Below are positions 52,016 to 60,956 of a stretch of 64,000 bases of DNA, one piece after another. Position numbers and translations under genes: made by a program. Position 1 is the first letter of the stretch. The number at the start of each line of letters is the position of its first letter. This DNA comes from Gammaproteobacteria bacterium (GTDB lineage: Bacteria > Pseudomonadota > Gammaproteobacteria > Steroidobacterales > Steroidobacteraceae), in NCBI GenBank assembly GCA_005878095.1, contig VBNH01000072.1:20553-84552 (forward strand), in the 5' to 3' direction. The notes below the pieces were generated by a model. The model searched no databases. It worked only from the letters and a program-made list of their open reading frames with translations, and was not told the DNA's origin.

Positions 52016-53254
52016 TCAGATTCTGCGGAACACCAAACCGCCGTTGGTGCCGCCGAAACCGAATGAATTCGACAACGCGACGTCGATCTTCATCCGGCGC
52101 GCGGTGTGGGGCACGTAGTCCAGGTCGCACTGTGGATCCTGGCGAAAAACATTGATGGTCGGCGGTGCCACCTGGTCGCGCAGCGCCAGCGCGGAAAAAG
52201 CGGCCTCCAAGCCACCCGCGGCGCCGACCAGGTGTCCCGTCATCGATTTCGTCGAGCTCACCGCAATTCTTGCCGCGTGATCGCCGAAGCAGCGCTTGAT
52301 CGCGACCGTTTCGGCGATGTCGCCCAAGGGTGTCGAAGTACCGTGGGCGTTGATGTAGTCGACTTCGTCGCGGTTGACGCCGGCGTTCCTGAGCGCGTTT
52401 GCCATGCAGCGCATCGCTCCATCCCCGTCGTCGCAGGGCGCGGTGACATGGTGAGCATCGGAGCTCATGCCATAGCCCGCGAGCTCGCAGTAGATCTTGG
52501 CGCCGCGCGCCTTGGCGTGCGCGCATTCCTCGAGCACCACCACGCCCGCGCCCTCGCCCAATACGAAACCGTCGCGATCCTTGTCCCAGGGCCGGCTTGC
52601 GGTCTGAGGGTCGTCGTTGCGGCTGGACAATGCCCGCAGCGCGCATAAACCGGCCACGCCCAGCGGCGACAGCGTGCCCTCCGCGCCGCCGCAGATCATC
52701 ACGTCGGCATCACCATACTCGATCAGCCGGCCCGATTCGCCGATGCAGTGGGTGGCGGCGGCGCACGCGGTCGCGCTCGCGAGATTCGGACCCTTGAAAC
52801 CGTACAGGATCGAGAGATTACCCGCGACCATATTGATGATGGTGCCGGGCACGAAATACGGGGAAACCTTGCGCGCGCCGCCGTTATGCAGGCCGTCGTG
52901 GGCATCTTCGATCATGGGCAGGCCGCCGATGCCCGAGCCGATGTTGACTCCGATGCGGTGGGCGTTGTGCGGGCCGACCTGAATGCCGGCGTCCTTGATC
53001 GCTTCGATCGCCGCCGCCAGGCCGTAATGGACGAAGGTATCCATGCGGCGCGCTTCCTTGGGCGGCAAATAGCGGGTGACATCGAAACCCTTCACCTCGC
53101 CCGCGATCTGCGAGCCCAAGCCGGAGGGATCGAAGCGGGTAATGCGGGTGATTCCGGACTTGCCGGCAACGATATTGGACCACGCCTCGGTGACGCCGAT
53201 TCCGACTGGAGCAACGATGCCGAGACCGGTAACGACTACTCTGCGCTTTTCCAT
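52016..53254 (-). CDS. fabF: beta-ketoacyl-ACP synthase II (FabF-type)
   Basis: RVVVTGLGIVAPVG, active-site ATACAAATHCIG, HVTAP, HGTSTPLGD, SFGFGGTNG. It is a full-length canonical FabF but located inside the accessory cluster. Confidence 0.9.
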   Translation of the reverse strand: MEKRRVVVTGLGIVAPVGIGVTEAWSNIVAGKSGITRITRFDPSGLGSQIAGEVKGFDVTRYLPPKEARRMDTFVHYGLAAAIEAIKDAGIQVGPHNAHRIGVNIGSGIGGLPMIEDAHDGLHNGGARKVSPYFVPGTIINMVAGNLSILYGFKGPNLASATACAAATHCIGESGRLIEYGDADVMICGGAEGTLSPLGVAGLCALRALSSRNDDPQTASRPWDKDRDGFVLGEGAGVVVLEECAHAKARGAKIYCELAGYGMSSDAHHVTAPCDDGDGAMRCMANALRNAGVNRDEVDYINAHGTSTPLGDIAETVAIKRCFGDHAARIAVSSTKSMTGHLVGAAGGLEAAFSALALRDQVAPPTINVFRQDPQCDLDYVPHTARRMKIDVALSNSFGFGGTNGGLVFRRI

Positions 53255-53266
53255 AGGGCTTCACTG

Positions 53267-54343
53267 TTATGCCGTGAAATCTCCGCTTCGGTTTTGATCC
53301 GTGAGGCTGATCACGATTTTTCCCAATTGCTGCGCGCGCTCCAGGCGCTCGAAGCCAGAGCGCGCCTGCGCCAGCGGGTAGACCCGGTCGACCACGGGCC
53401 GCAGGGCGCCCGCGGCGAGGGCGCTGACCGCCGCCGCGTATTCCGCCGCATTGCCGAGCGTGGATCCCAGGAGAGCGTACTGATTCCAGAACAGCCGCCG
53501 GAGGTCGGTGACGACGCGGGGGCCAGTCGTGGCGCCGCAGGTCACCAGGCGGCCGCCCTTGGCGAGGACGCTCAACGAGCGTTCCCAGGTGGTCTCGCCG
53601 ACGTTTTCGATCACCACGTCCACGCCGCGGCGACCGGTCAAGGCGAGCACCTCCCTCACCACGTTTTGTTTCGCATGGTCGAGGGTGATATCGGCGCCGA
53701 GCTTGGTCGCCTGGGCGAGCTTCGCCTCGCTCGAGGACGTCGCGATCGTCCGAGCACCGCACAGCTTGGCGACCCGCATCGCGGCCAGGGACACCCCGCC
53801 CCCGATCCCCCAGACGAGGACTGTCTCGCCCGGCCGCACGCCGGCCCGCGTCACCACCATGCGCCATGCGGTGAGGGAGACGAGCGAGAATGCGGCCGCC
53901 TCGTCCCAGTCCAGAGGCGGGTCCAGGGTCGGGAGCCTGGCCAGGTTCTGCTCGGGAATGACCACGTACTCGGCGATCGTGCCCGGTAGGTGTTCCCCGA
54001 GTACCCGGAAATTCACGCACAGCGATTGATCGCCGGCGCGGCAGTACTCGCAGCTCCCATCCCATACGCCCGGATTGATCATCACCGGATCGCCCGGCCG
54101 CACGGCGGTCACCGCTTCCCCCACTTCCTGCACCACCCCCGACCCGTCCGAGCCCAGGATGTGGGGGAACCGGTACTTGACCGCCAGACCGCGGATCACG
54201 AAGACATCCAGACGATTCAGCGCGGCTGCCCGCACCGCCACCCGGACCTGGTGTGGACCCAAGCCCTGGGCCGAAGGGTCGGGAACGTCCGCGATCTCGA
54301 TCCGATCGAGGTCCCCCGTCGCGCTGATGACGCAGGCGCGCAT
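53267..54343 (-). CDS. MDR-superfamily zinc-type dehydrogenase/reductase (quinone oxidoreductase / enoyl reductase-like)
   Basis: MRACVIS..., GSDGSGVV in place of GHE, structural-Zn-like CEYCRAGDQSLC, and Rossmann VWGIGGGVSLAAM. Start at ATG 54343, not the track's 55576. Confidence 0.85.
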   Translation of the reverse strand: MRACVISATGDLDRIEIADVPDPSAQGLGPHQVRVAVRAAALNRLDVFVIRGLAVKYRFPHILGSDGSGVVQEVGEAVTAVRPGDPVMINPGVWDGSCEYCRAGDQSLCVNFRVLGEHLPGTIAEYVVIPEQNLARLPTLDPPLDWDEAAAFSLVSLTAWRMVVTRAGVRPGETVLVWGIGGGVSLAAMRVAKLCGARTIATSSSEAKLAQATKLGADITLDHAKQNVVREVLALTGRRGVDVVIENVGETTWERSLSVLAKGGRLVTCGATTGPRVVTDLRRLFWNQYALLGSTLGNAAEYAAAVSALAAGALRPVVDRVYPLAQARSGFERLERAQQLGKIVISLTDQNRSGDFTA

Positions 54344-54360
54344 GGTTTTTCCTTTCGTCC

Positions 54361-55491
54361 TCAATGGCCTCCTAATCCCCTCGGGCTGAGCACAACCCGA
54401 TTCATGCCGCACTGTCGGTCGTGCACCTCCTCGAAGGTCTCCCGGATCCGGTCCATGGGTCGGGTGGTGACGAGCGGCCGGATGCGGATCCTTTCCCGCA
54501 GCACCTGGTCCAGAACGTACGGGTAATGCTCGGGCGGGCAGCCCCAGGTGCCGCGGACCTCGGCGTCGTAGGCCATCAGTCGCGAGAGGTGGTAGGACAC
54601 CGGCTCCGGGCTGAAACCGACGACCACCACCATGCCGGCATAAGCCAGAAGTTCCAAAGCGGTCTCCTGCCCGGCCTGGGTCCCGCTCATCTCGAAGATC
54701 TTCCAGCCGGATCGGGCGTCGAGGCGGTTCTTCCGGCACAGAGACCGGAATTCCTTGCGGACCTCCCAAGGGCTGCGGCCGGCCGCAGGAAGAGGCAGGT
54801 CGACCCCGAAGGCCTGGCTCTGCGCCAACTTGTCCGGGCTGCGGCCGATGCCGATCACGACCTCGGCGCCCAGAAGCTTGGCCCACTGGGCCATGTAGAT
54901 CCCCAGGCCGCCGGTGACGCCGACGATGATGACCCGGTCGCCCTGCTCGAGACCGCCCCGCAGCGCCGCCTGATACGGTGTAGCCACCGCATCTGCCACC
55001 ACCGCCAGCAGCTCCAGGGGAATTCCGGCTTGCTCCGGGACCTCGCACAGCTCCCGGGTCGGCACCGGGATGTGGCTGGCGAAGCCCCCGTAGGGACCGT
55101 AGCTGTTCCCCGGCATCTTCTGCGACAGGCACCGGTTGGCCCGGCCGGCCCCACACAGCCCGCAACTCCGGCAGGGAAGAATGGTGGGAACAATGACTCT
55201 TTTCCCGACCCAGGAGGCGTCCCCGGCCACCACGGTTCCGCTGATCTCGTGCCCCAGGGTCAGAGGCGGCCTGGACACCGTGGGAATGCCGCCGAAGAAA
55301 TACCCGAGATCGGTCCCGCAGATGCCGCACCCGGCGATCTGGACCAGCGCCTCTCCCGGGGCAAGCGCCGGGAGAGGCAGGAGGCGCTGTTCGAGGTGGA
55401 AAGGCGGAGAGCCCCGCGCGTCTTCCCGCTCCCCGGCAGAAGCCACCATCTGCCAAGCCTGGATGGCCGAAGGCAGCGTCGATGCGGCCAC
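54361..55491 (-). CDS. zinc-dependent alcohol dehydrogenase family oxidoreductase
   Basis: CGICGTD, GHEISGTV, CRSCGLCGAGRANRC, and VGVTGGLGIYMAQ. Start uncertain: GTG 55491, 8 nt after the upstream stop, or ATG 55449. Confidence 0.8.
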   Translation of the reverse strand: MAASTLPSAIQAWQMVASAGEREDARGSPPFHLEQRLLPLPALAPGEALVQIAGCGICGTDLGYFFGGIPTVSRPPLTLGHEISGTVVAGDASWVGKRVIVPTILPCRSCGLCGAGRANRCLSQKMPGNSYGPYGGFASHIPVPTRELCEVPEQAGIPLELLAVVADAVATPYQAALRGGLEQGDRVIIVGVTGGLGIYMAQWAKLLGAEVVIGIGRSPDKLAQSQAFGVDLPLPAAGRSPWEVRKEFRSLCRKNRLDARSGWKIFEMSGTQAGQETALELLAYAGMVVVVGFSPEPVSYHLSRLMAYDAEVRGTWGCPPEHYPYVLDQVLRERIRIRPLVTTRPMDRIRETFEEVHDRQCGMNRVVLSPRGLGGH

Positions 55492-55499
55492 GAGTCCGG

Positions 55500-56273
55500 C
55501 TACCGGGCTTCGGTCCGCCGCAGCCACAGCGCCTCCAGGGCCGCCGCTTCCGCCGTGTGCCACGGCGTCCAGGCATCTGCAGATTCCCGCGGGCCGGCTT
55601 TGAGCGCCCGCAGGTCTGTCGCGTCCCGGGCCCGGAATGTTTCGATTGCCGTGCTCACCTGCCCCGCGAAATCCCGCCCTTCGAAAATCCGACCAACCAG
55701 GCCAACTCTGTAGGCGGCGCGGACGCCGAGGGAGTCCCCGCTGGTGACCAGCGCGAGGGCCTGCTCGGAGGCGAAGTGCCGGTGGAGGAACCGGATTCCC
55801 CCCCAGGCCGGAATCAGTCCCCGCTTGCATTCGGGAAAGCCGAAGACGGCGCGGGCGTGGGCCCACCGCAGATCACAGGCCAGGGCCAGCTCGAACCCGC
55901 CACCCAGGGCGAGGCCATTGATCGCAGCCACGGTCAGCGCATTCAGCCCTTCGAGGCGGCGGATGAGGGTCTGCCCTCGCCTGAAGAAATCCAAGGCTTC
56001 CCGGGGCGGGAGCGCTTCGATGGCCGCCAGATCGACTCCCACGGAGAAGACCTTTCCCTCCCCCCGCAGGACCAGCAGCTTGACGTGCTGCGCCTCGGCC
56101 ACGGCGGCGAGCGCGCCTTCGAGCTCGTCGAGCAACGCGGGCGAGATGGCGTTGCGGCCGTCCTCCCGGCGCAGGACCAGATGCGCGACACCGTGCGCAA
56201 TCGAGAGCCCGATCGACCCGCCGCCGCTCGCAGCGGGTTCAGGCCCGGGCGACACCGAGCAGCGAGACTCCAT
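55500..56273 (-). CDS. enoyl-CoA hydratase/isomerase (crotonase) family protein
   Basis: GVAHLVLRREDGRNAISPALLDEL, LRGEGKVFSVGVDL, and AAINGLALGGGFELALACDLR (oxyanion-hole region). Start uncertain: ATG 56273 overlaps the upstream gene by 35 nt; GTG 56255 is an alternative. Confidence 0.8.
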   Translation of the reverse strand: MESRCSVSPGPEPAASGGGSIGLSIAHGVAHLVLRREDGRNAISPALLDELEGALAAVAEAQHVKLLVLRGEGKVFSVGVDLAAIEALPPREALDFFRRGQTLIRRLEGLNALTVAAINGLALGGGFELALACDLRWAHARAVFGFPECKRGLIPAWGGIRFLHRHFASEQALALVTSGDSLGVRAAYRVGLVGRIFEGRDFAGQVSTAIETFRARDATDLRALKAGPRESADAWTPWHTAEAAALEALWLRRTEAR

Positions 56274-57198
56274 GACGGCTGGAAACGGGTAAGGCGATAT
56301 AGCCGGTTTTCTCCACCCGGAGGCGTTCAGTGGCCTTGATCCTGCCCGCCTGCAGCAGCGGCAGATATTCGGGGCCGATGCCCAACGGGTCGCCGAGATC
56401 GAGGTCAAGGGTTTCGGCCTCCGCCAGCGCCGCCACGGGCAGGGGCTGCGGGATCGCACGCGGCAGCCGGAAAGCCGGCGCGCAAGGGCGCGGCTGCGCA
56501 AGCCCCGGGCTCTCGAGCTCGATCTCGGTCAACACCACGCCTGCGCGCGCCCCCCGCTGCCGCGCCCGCTCGGTCCGTTCCAGGCAGAAAATACAGGACC
56601 ACTCTGAAACAGGCCGCGCCGCTTGCCCGTTCACCAGGCTCTCCGAAAAGCCGGTGAAGACCGTGTGGCAGCGTCCGGTTGCAAGCAGCTGCCGAGCCCG
56701 GCGCAGAAGAAGGAGCGAGAGGTTGGATCGGCCGGCCACGGTGAGATTCGGCCCCTTGATACCGTGGGCCAGGGCTGCCGTCGCCGCGGCGATGTTGTAG
56801 CCGAAGTTGGAGAACAGCGTGCTCGACAGGAGCTTTCCCTGCCGGGCGCGGAGCTGCTCGTAGGCCTTGTTCCGGGTCGCGCCGGGCCCCCGCGTAGCCG
56901 CCAGCAGGATGCCGAAGCCGTAGGGATCCTGCGCCACCGCGTCGGGCGCGATGCCCGCATCCCCCATCGCTTCCTCGAGGGCGACGATGGCGTTCTTCGC
57001 GAGCGGGTCCAGGTAACGGGCGATCTGCAGTTTGGGGCTTTTGATGCCGAGCAGCTCGGTGAGTCCCCCGGGGGGCAGCGAGCCATTCCCGGCGGTCCGG
57101 CACGGCGCCTCGGCTTCGCCCAGCGCGCGGAAAAAGCTCTCCTTGCCGCCCAGAGGGGAGAGGAGACCGATCCCCGTCAGCAGGATGTCGCCAGTCAT
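56239..57198 (-). CDS. beta-ketoacyl synthase-like protein lacking the active-site Cys (chain-length-factor / KS-beta-like partner)
   Basis: KS-like N-terminus ILLTGIGLLSPLGG. Where a KS has T-A-C-x-S/A-G, this protein reads KGPNLTVAGRSNLS, with no Cys. It is only ~320 aa, and I see no HGT or second-His motif. ATG 57198 overlaps the KS stop (ATGA). Confidence 0.75.
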   Translation of the reverse strand: MTGDILLTGIGLLSPLGGKESFFRALGEAEAPCRTAGNGSLPPGGLTELLGIKSPKLQIARYLDPLAKNAIVALEEAMGDAGIAPDAVAQDPYGFGILLAATRGPGATRNKAYEQLRARQGKLLSSTLFSNFGYNIAAATAALAHGIKGPNLTVAGRSNLSLLLLRRARQLLATGRCHTVFTGFSESLVNGQAARPVSEWSCIFCLERTERARQRGARAGVVLTEIELESPGLAQPRPCAPAFRLPRAIPQPLPVAALAEAETLDLDLGDPLGIGPEYLPLLQAGRIKATERLRVEKTGYIALPVSSRHGVSLLGVARA

Positions 57199-58436
57199 GG
57201 ATCGGTCCACTGGTCGGCGTTCACCCGGGAGAAGACGAGGGCGCCGTTGCAGCCGCCGAATCCAAAAGAGTTGCTGAGGGCGTGCTCGAGAGCGGCCACC
57301 CTGGCTTCGCCGCAGACCAGATTCAGGGGCAGTTCGGGGTCGGGCGCCGCCACGTTGAGGGTGGGCGGGATCTTCTGGTCCCGCAAGGAGAGCACCGTCG
57401 CGACCGCTTCGAGGGCGCCGGCGGCGCCCATGACATGGCCGATGGCCGGCTTGATCGAGGTGACCGGGATCCGCGCTGCGGCGGGCCCGAAGAGCTCTCG
57501 GATCGCCGCGTACTCCATGCCGTCATTCAAGGGGGTTCCGGATCCATGCAGGTTGATGTGGTCCACATCCTCCGCCTGGATGCCGGCATCCTCCAGGGCC
57601 TGCCCCATGACCTTGACCGCGCCCGCACCGCTCGGGTCGGGCCCGGTGATGTGATGTGCATCGCAGCTGTAACCGGTGCCGGCGCACGCGGCATAGGTGG
57701 GGAGTTCCTGCGCCAAGCTCTCGCGTTCCAGCACCAGGATCCCAGCCCCTTCGCCGAACAGGGTCCCGTCCCGCTCCGGGGTGAAGGGGCGGATGAGGGT
57801 CGGGGTCAGGGTATTGAGGGCCGAGTGTCCGAGGTATTTCATGCGGTCCAGCGTGTCCACCCCGCCGCACAGCACGACCTCGTAGCCCTCGTGCCGGATC
57901 ATGTCCTTCGCGATGCCGATGGCATTGGTGCCGGCGGCGCAGGCGGTGGTGACGATGAGTGCCTCGCTGCTCACGCGGTAAGCGTCCGCAAGCTCCTCGA
58001 CCAGGCCAGCAAAGTCGTCGTAGGTGTCGACCTGCTCCCCGCCGCACTCATCCAGCTGGTCGATCGACTTCTCCACCAGGGACATGCCCAGCGAGGTGCC
58101 GAGCACCAGCCCGACCTTTTTCTTCTGCAGGTAAGCCCGGGTCCAGCCGGCATCCTTCAGCGCCTCGTCCATCGCCAAGCGGGCAAAGAGAGCGATGCGA
58201 GAGTCCAGCCGGTAGCGCTCCGCGTATTCCCGTTGGGCCGCAGAGAGCCGGATCTCCCCGGCGAGCACATTGCGCAGGTGTTCCTGGCGGAAGTTGGCGA
58301 CCGGCTTGATGCCGGTCCTACCGGCCAGAAGCCCGTCCCACAACTGGGCGGTGTCCTCGCCGAGCGCGCTCACGCTGCCCAGTCCGGCGACCAGGACCCT
58401 GGGCAGGGAGAGGCCTCTTCCAGAAGCGTCAGCCAC
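57195..58436 (-). CDS. beta-ketoacyl-ACP synthase (KS-alpha, FabB/F-like)
   Basis: VLVAGLGSVSALG, active-site VTTACAAGTNAIG, DAHHITGP, LHGSGTPLND, SFGFGGCNG. The GTG start overlaps the ACP stop. Confidence 0.9.
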   Translation of the reverse strand: MADASGRGLSLPRVLVAGLGSVSALGEDTAQLWDGLLAGRTGIKPVANFRQEHLRNVLAGEIRLSAAQREYAERYRLDSRIALFARLAMDEALKDAGWTRAYLQKKKVGLVLGTSLGMSLVEKSIDQLDECGGEQVDTYDDFAGLVEELADAYRVSSEALIVTTACAAGTNAIGIAKDMIRHEGYEVVLCGGVDTLDRMKYLGHSALNTLTPTLIRPFTPERDGTLFGEGAGILVLERESLAQELPTYAACAGTGYSCDAHHITGPDPSGAGAVKVMGQALEDAGIQAEDVDHINLHGSGTPLNDGMEYAAIRELFGPAAARIPVTSIKPAIGHVMGAAGALEAVATVLSLRDQKIPPTLNVAAPDPELPLNLVCGEARVAALEHALSNSFGFGGCNGALVFSRVNADQWTDP

Positions 58437-58758
58437 GGCTTTCCGAGACCACGGGCTCGTCCCCCCGGGCGGCGATCTTGGCGAGGACGAGGCTGCTCAG
58501 CCGGTCCAGGGTCCGCAGATTCTCGCTCGCGGCCTCGTCGCTGCTGATCTCGATCCCGTATTTCTCCTCGAGGATCGTGACGAGCTCGATCAAGCCCACC
58601 GAGTCGACGCCGAGATCGCTGGCTATGGAATCCTCCAGCTTGATCTCGCCCTCGGGGATGGACACAAAAAGATCCTCGACGAGGACCTTCTTCAACTCCT
58701 TTACGATCGTTTCCTTGTCGGTCAAGGCGTGTTCCTCACTCTCGGATTGATGACTCAT
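58429..58758 (-). CDS. acyl carrier protein (dedicated)
   Basis: 109 aa. The phosphopantetheine site is DLGVDSVGLIEL. Its ATG overlaps the ligase stop (ATGA). Confidence 0.9.
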   Translation of the reverse strand: MSHQSESEEHALTDKETIVKELKKVLVEDLFVSIPEGEIKLEDSIASDLGVDSVGLIELVTILEEKYGIEISSDEAASENLRTLDRLSSLVLAKIAARGDEPVVSESRG

Positions 58759-60299
58759 AGGGGTTCAGGCTGCTTCAGGCGGGCGCCGATCTGTTTCGCC
58801 GGCCTCCCCTTGAAGTGGTAGAGCTGCGGGTCATAGAACCGGAACTCGGAGGGAATCAGAAAGGCGGGCAGATGCCTGCGGCACAAGCTCTTCAGTTCCT
58901 GCACCAGGGACTCCTCCGAAGACACCCGGGCCTTGAGGGTGGCGAGAAGGTGTTCCCCTTGGGCGCTTTCCACCCGGGTGACGTGCACTTCCTGCACGTC
59001 GGGATGGGTGAAGATGATCTGTTCGATGTAGCCGGGGTGCACCTTGCGGCCCCGGAACTTGAATTCCCCGTCCCGGCGCCCGAGCAGGTAGAGAAAACCA
59101 TCGGCGTCCAGCCGGCCGAAGTCCCCGGTGAAAAGCCAGCCGTCGCGGACTCTCGCGGCAGTCTGGACTTCATCCCGGAAATATCCGTTCATCAGGGAAG
59201 GGGTCTGCAGCACCACTTCCCCGAGTTCTCCCGGCGGGCAGGGGTGCCCCGCCGGGTCCAGGATGGCGATCTCCACCCCCCGCAAGGCGCGACCCACCGA
59301 CTGGGGCAGCGAGGCGAAGAACTGCGGCGCCAGCGTGGACACCCGGGGGCCGGCTTCACTCAAGCCATAGGTAATGTAGCAACGGGTCCAGGGCAGGCAG
59401 CCCTGTATCAAATTGGCCACGTTCGGCCGGCAGCGGTCGCCACCCACGGTGAGATAGCGCAGCGAGCGCAGGGCCCGGAAGTCGCCGCCACGGTTCTGCA
59501 GCAGGTATTGGAAGATGACCGGGCTTCCCATCAAGAGGTTGGCGCCGTAGCGCTCCACCAGGGTGTGGACGAGTTTCAGCTCGATGACATGGGGTGTCAG
59601 GACGGTCGTGCCATGCAGGCGCAGGGTACTGAGCAGGCAGGCGTTCAGCCCGTAGCTGTAATTCACCGGCAAGACCTGGAGGGAAATGATCTCCCCCTGG
59701 AGGGCCAGGCTTTCCAGGTGCATGTCGATGTTGCGGCGGATCGCCCGGTGGCTGAGCCGGACCGCCTTTGGATGCCCGGTGGTACCCGAGGTCAGTATGA
59801 ACAGCGCATCCTCCTCAGGATCGGCGACCGGGCGAGCATCGGGGACTGACTCGGCGCGGGGCACGTCCCCGCAGAAGGCGACCTGCAGGCCGGTCCCGTC
59901 CACCTCCACGAGGCAGCACGCCGTGCCGCTCAACGCTGCCTTGATCCTGCGCTGCAGGCTCGTGTTGGTAATGATGAGCGCGGGCTTGAGGAAGCCGAGG
60001 ATGACCCGCAGCTCCCTGGGCTTGGTGTAGATGTCAAGGGGAATAGCCACCCCGCCGACCTCGGAGACGGCGAAGAGCGCAACCACGAACTCCGGAGAGC
60101 CCGGCAGGAGGAGGACGATCCGCTGCCGGCGCACGGCGGTCCGTTCCCTGAGGCGAGCCGCCAGAGCCCGGCTGTGCCGGCAGAGCTCGGCGTAGCTCAG
60201 CTCGAGGCCGTCCTCCGGTGATACCAGGGCGACTCTGCTCGAGCCCCGGTGCTGGTATAGCAGCTCGTGGAGGAACCCGGAGTTGTCCGGTGCCGACAT
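58755..60299 (-). CDS. ANL-superfamily acyl-AMP/acyl-ACP(CoA) ligase
   Basis: LTSGTTGHPKAV, ITYGLSEAG, and GDFGRLDADGFLYLLGRRDGEFKFRGRKV. ATG 60299 is preceded by an AGGAGG ribosome-binding site; the track start at 60656 is an artefact. Confidence 0.85.
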   Translation of the reverse strand: MSAPDNSGFLHELLYQHRGSSRVALVSPEDGLELSYAELCRHSRALAARLRERTAVRRQRIVLLLPGSPEFVVALFAVSEVGGVAIPLDIYTKPRELRVILGFLKPALIITNTSLQRRIKAALSGTACCLVEVDGTGLQVAFCGDVPRAESVPDARPVADPEEDALFILTSGTTGHPKAVRLSHRAIRRNIDMHLESLALQGEIISLQVLPVNYSYGLNACLLSTLRLHGTTVLTPHVIELKLVHTLVERYGANLLMGSPVIFQYLLQNRGGDFRALRSLRYLTVGGDRCRPNVANLIQGCLPWTRCYITYGLSEAGPRVSTLAPQFFASLPQSVGRALRGVEIAILDPAGHPCPPGELGEVVLQTPSLMNGYFRDEVQTAARVRDGWLFTGDFGRLDADGFLYLLGRRDGEFKFRGRKVHPGYIEQIIFTHPDVQEVHVTRVESAQGEHLLATLKARVSSEESLVQELKSLCRRHLPAFLIPSEFRFYDPQLYHFKGRPAKQIGARLKQPEPL

Positions 60300-60307
60300 C
60301 GCGCCTC

Positions 60308-60865
60308 CTACCACGGGGCGTCCGCGAAGCGAGCGACGCGGGTCTTGGCCAAGGTCAGCCCGCCCTTGACGACGCTGCGATCGCCGACGGCGGCATCTCC
60401 GACGAAGATACCGATCGCTTCCTCGAGCTTCTTCGGCCTCATCGCCATCTCCAGGGTATCGCCGGGATAGATCGGCGCCAGAAACCGGAATTTCACCGAC
60501 GTGATCAGCGTCATCTCGTCGTCCGTGATCTGGCCCATGGACAGCTTGAAGAAAATGATCGCCAATTGAGCGAAGCCCTGGACGACTTGGGTGGCGGGCA
60601 TGATGGCCCGCTTGGGGAAGTGACCGACCAACTCGGGGGAATTGCCGGTCACGCACTTGATGGCCTCGATGTATTCCCCCTCACGGTAGTCGGTGATCCG
60701 ATCGAGCATGATGAGCGGATATCGGTGCTCCAAGTACTTTTCCTTCATCTCGGAGAAGCCGATGACCCTCTTGCCGTTCTTTTCCACCCTGGGAGCAGGC
60801 TCTCGCAACGCGGCCTCCCGGAAAGATTGAGTCGGGGACGAAACGTATCCTGGCTTTGCAGGCAT
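60308..60865 (-). CDS. FabZ/FabA-like 3-hydroxyacyl-ACP dehydratase (hotdog fold)
   Basis: LEHRYPLIMLDRI (compare LPHRYPFLLVDRV) and GHFPKRAIMPATQ with the catalytic His. Start uncertain: TTG 60919, ATG 60865 or ATG 60751. Confidence 0.8.
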   Translation of the reverse strand: MPAKPGYVSSPTQSFREAALREPAPRVEKNGKRVIGFSEMKEKYLEHRYPLIMLDRITDYREGEYIEAIKCVTGNSPELVGHFPKRAIMPATQVVQGFAQLAIIFFKLSMGQITDDEMTLITSVKFRFLAPIYPGDTLEMAMRPKKLEEAIGIFVGDAAVGDRSVVKGGLTLAKTRVARFADAPW

Positions 60866-60956
60866 CAGAAAAATTCCGAGCTCGTCTACGCGCTCAATTA
60901 GAGACGAGATGGCGATCAAGAAAAATCGGGCAAATGCTGCAAAATATGAGGGGCAA

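Noticed and set aside
52016-53254. The cluster FabF as the organism's housekeeping fabF
   Set aside because: It is not flanked by the usual fabD-fabG-acpP context, and it lies inside the block that interrupts the rib operon. I treat it as a cluster-dedicated paralog, although this cannot be proven from one window.
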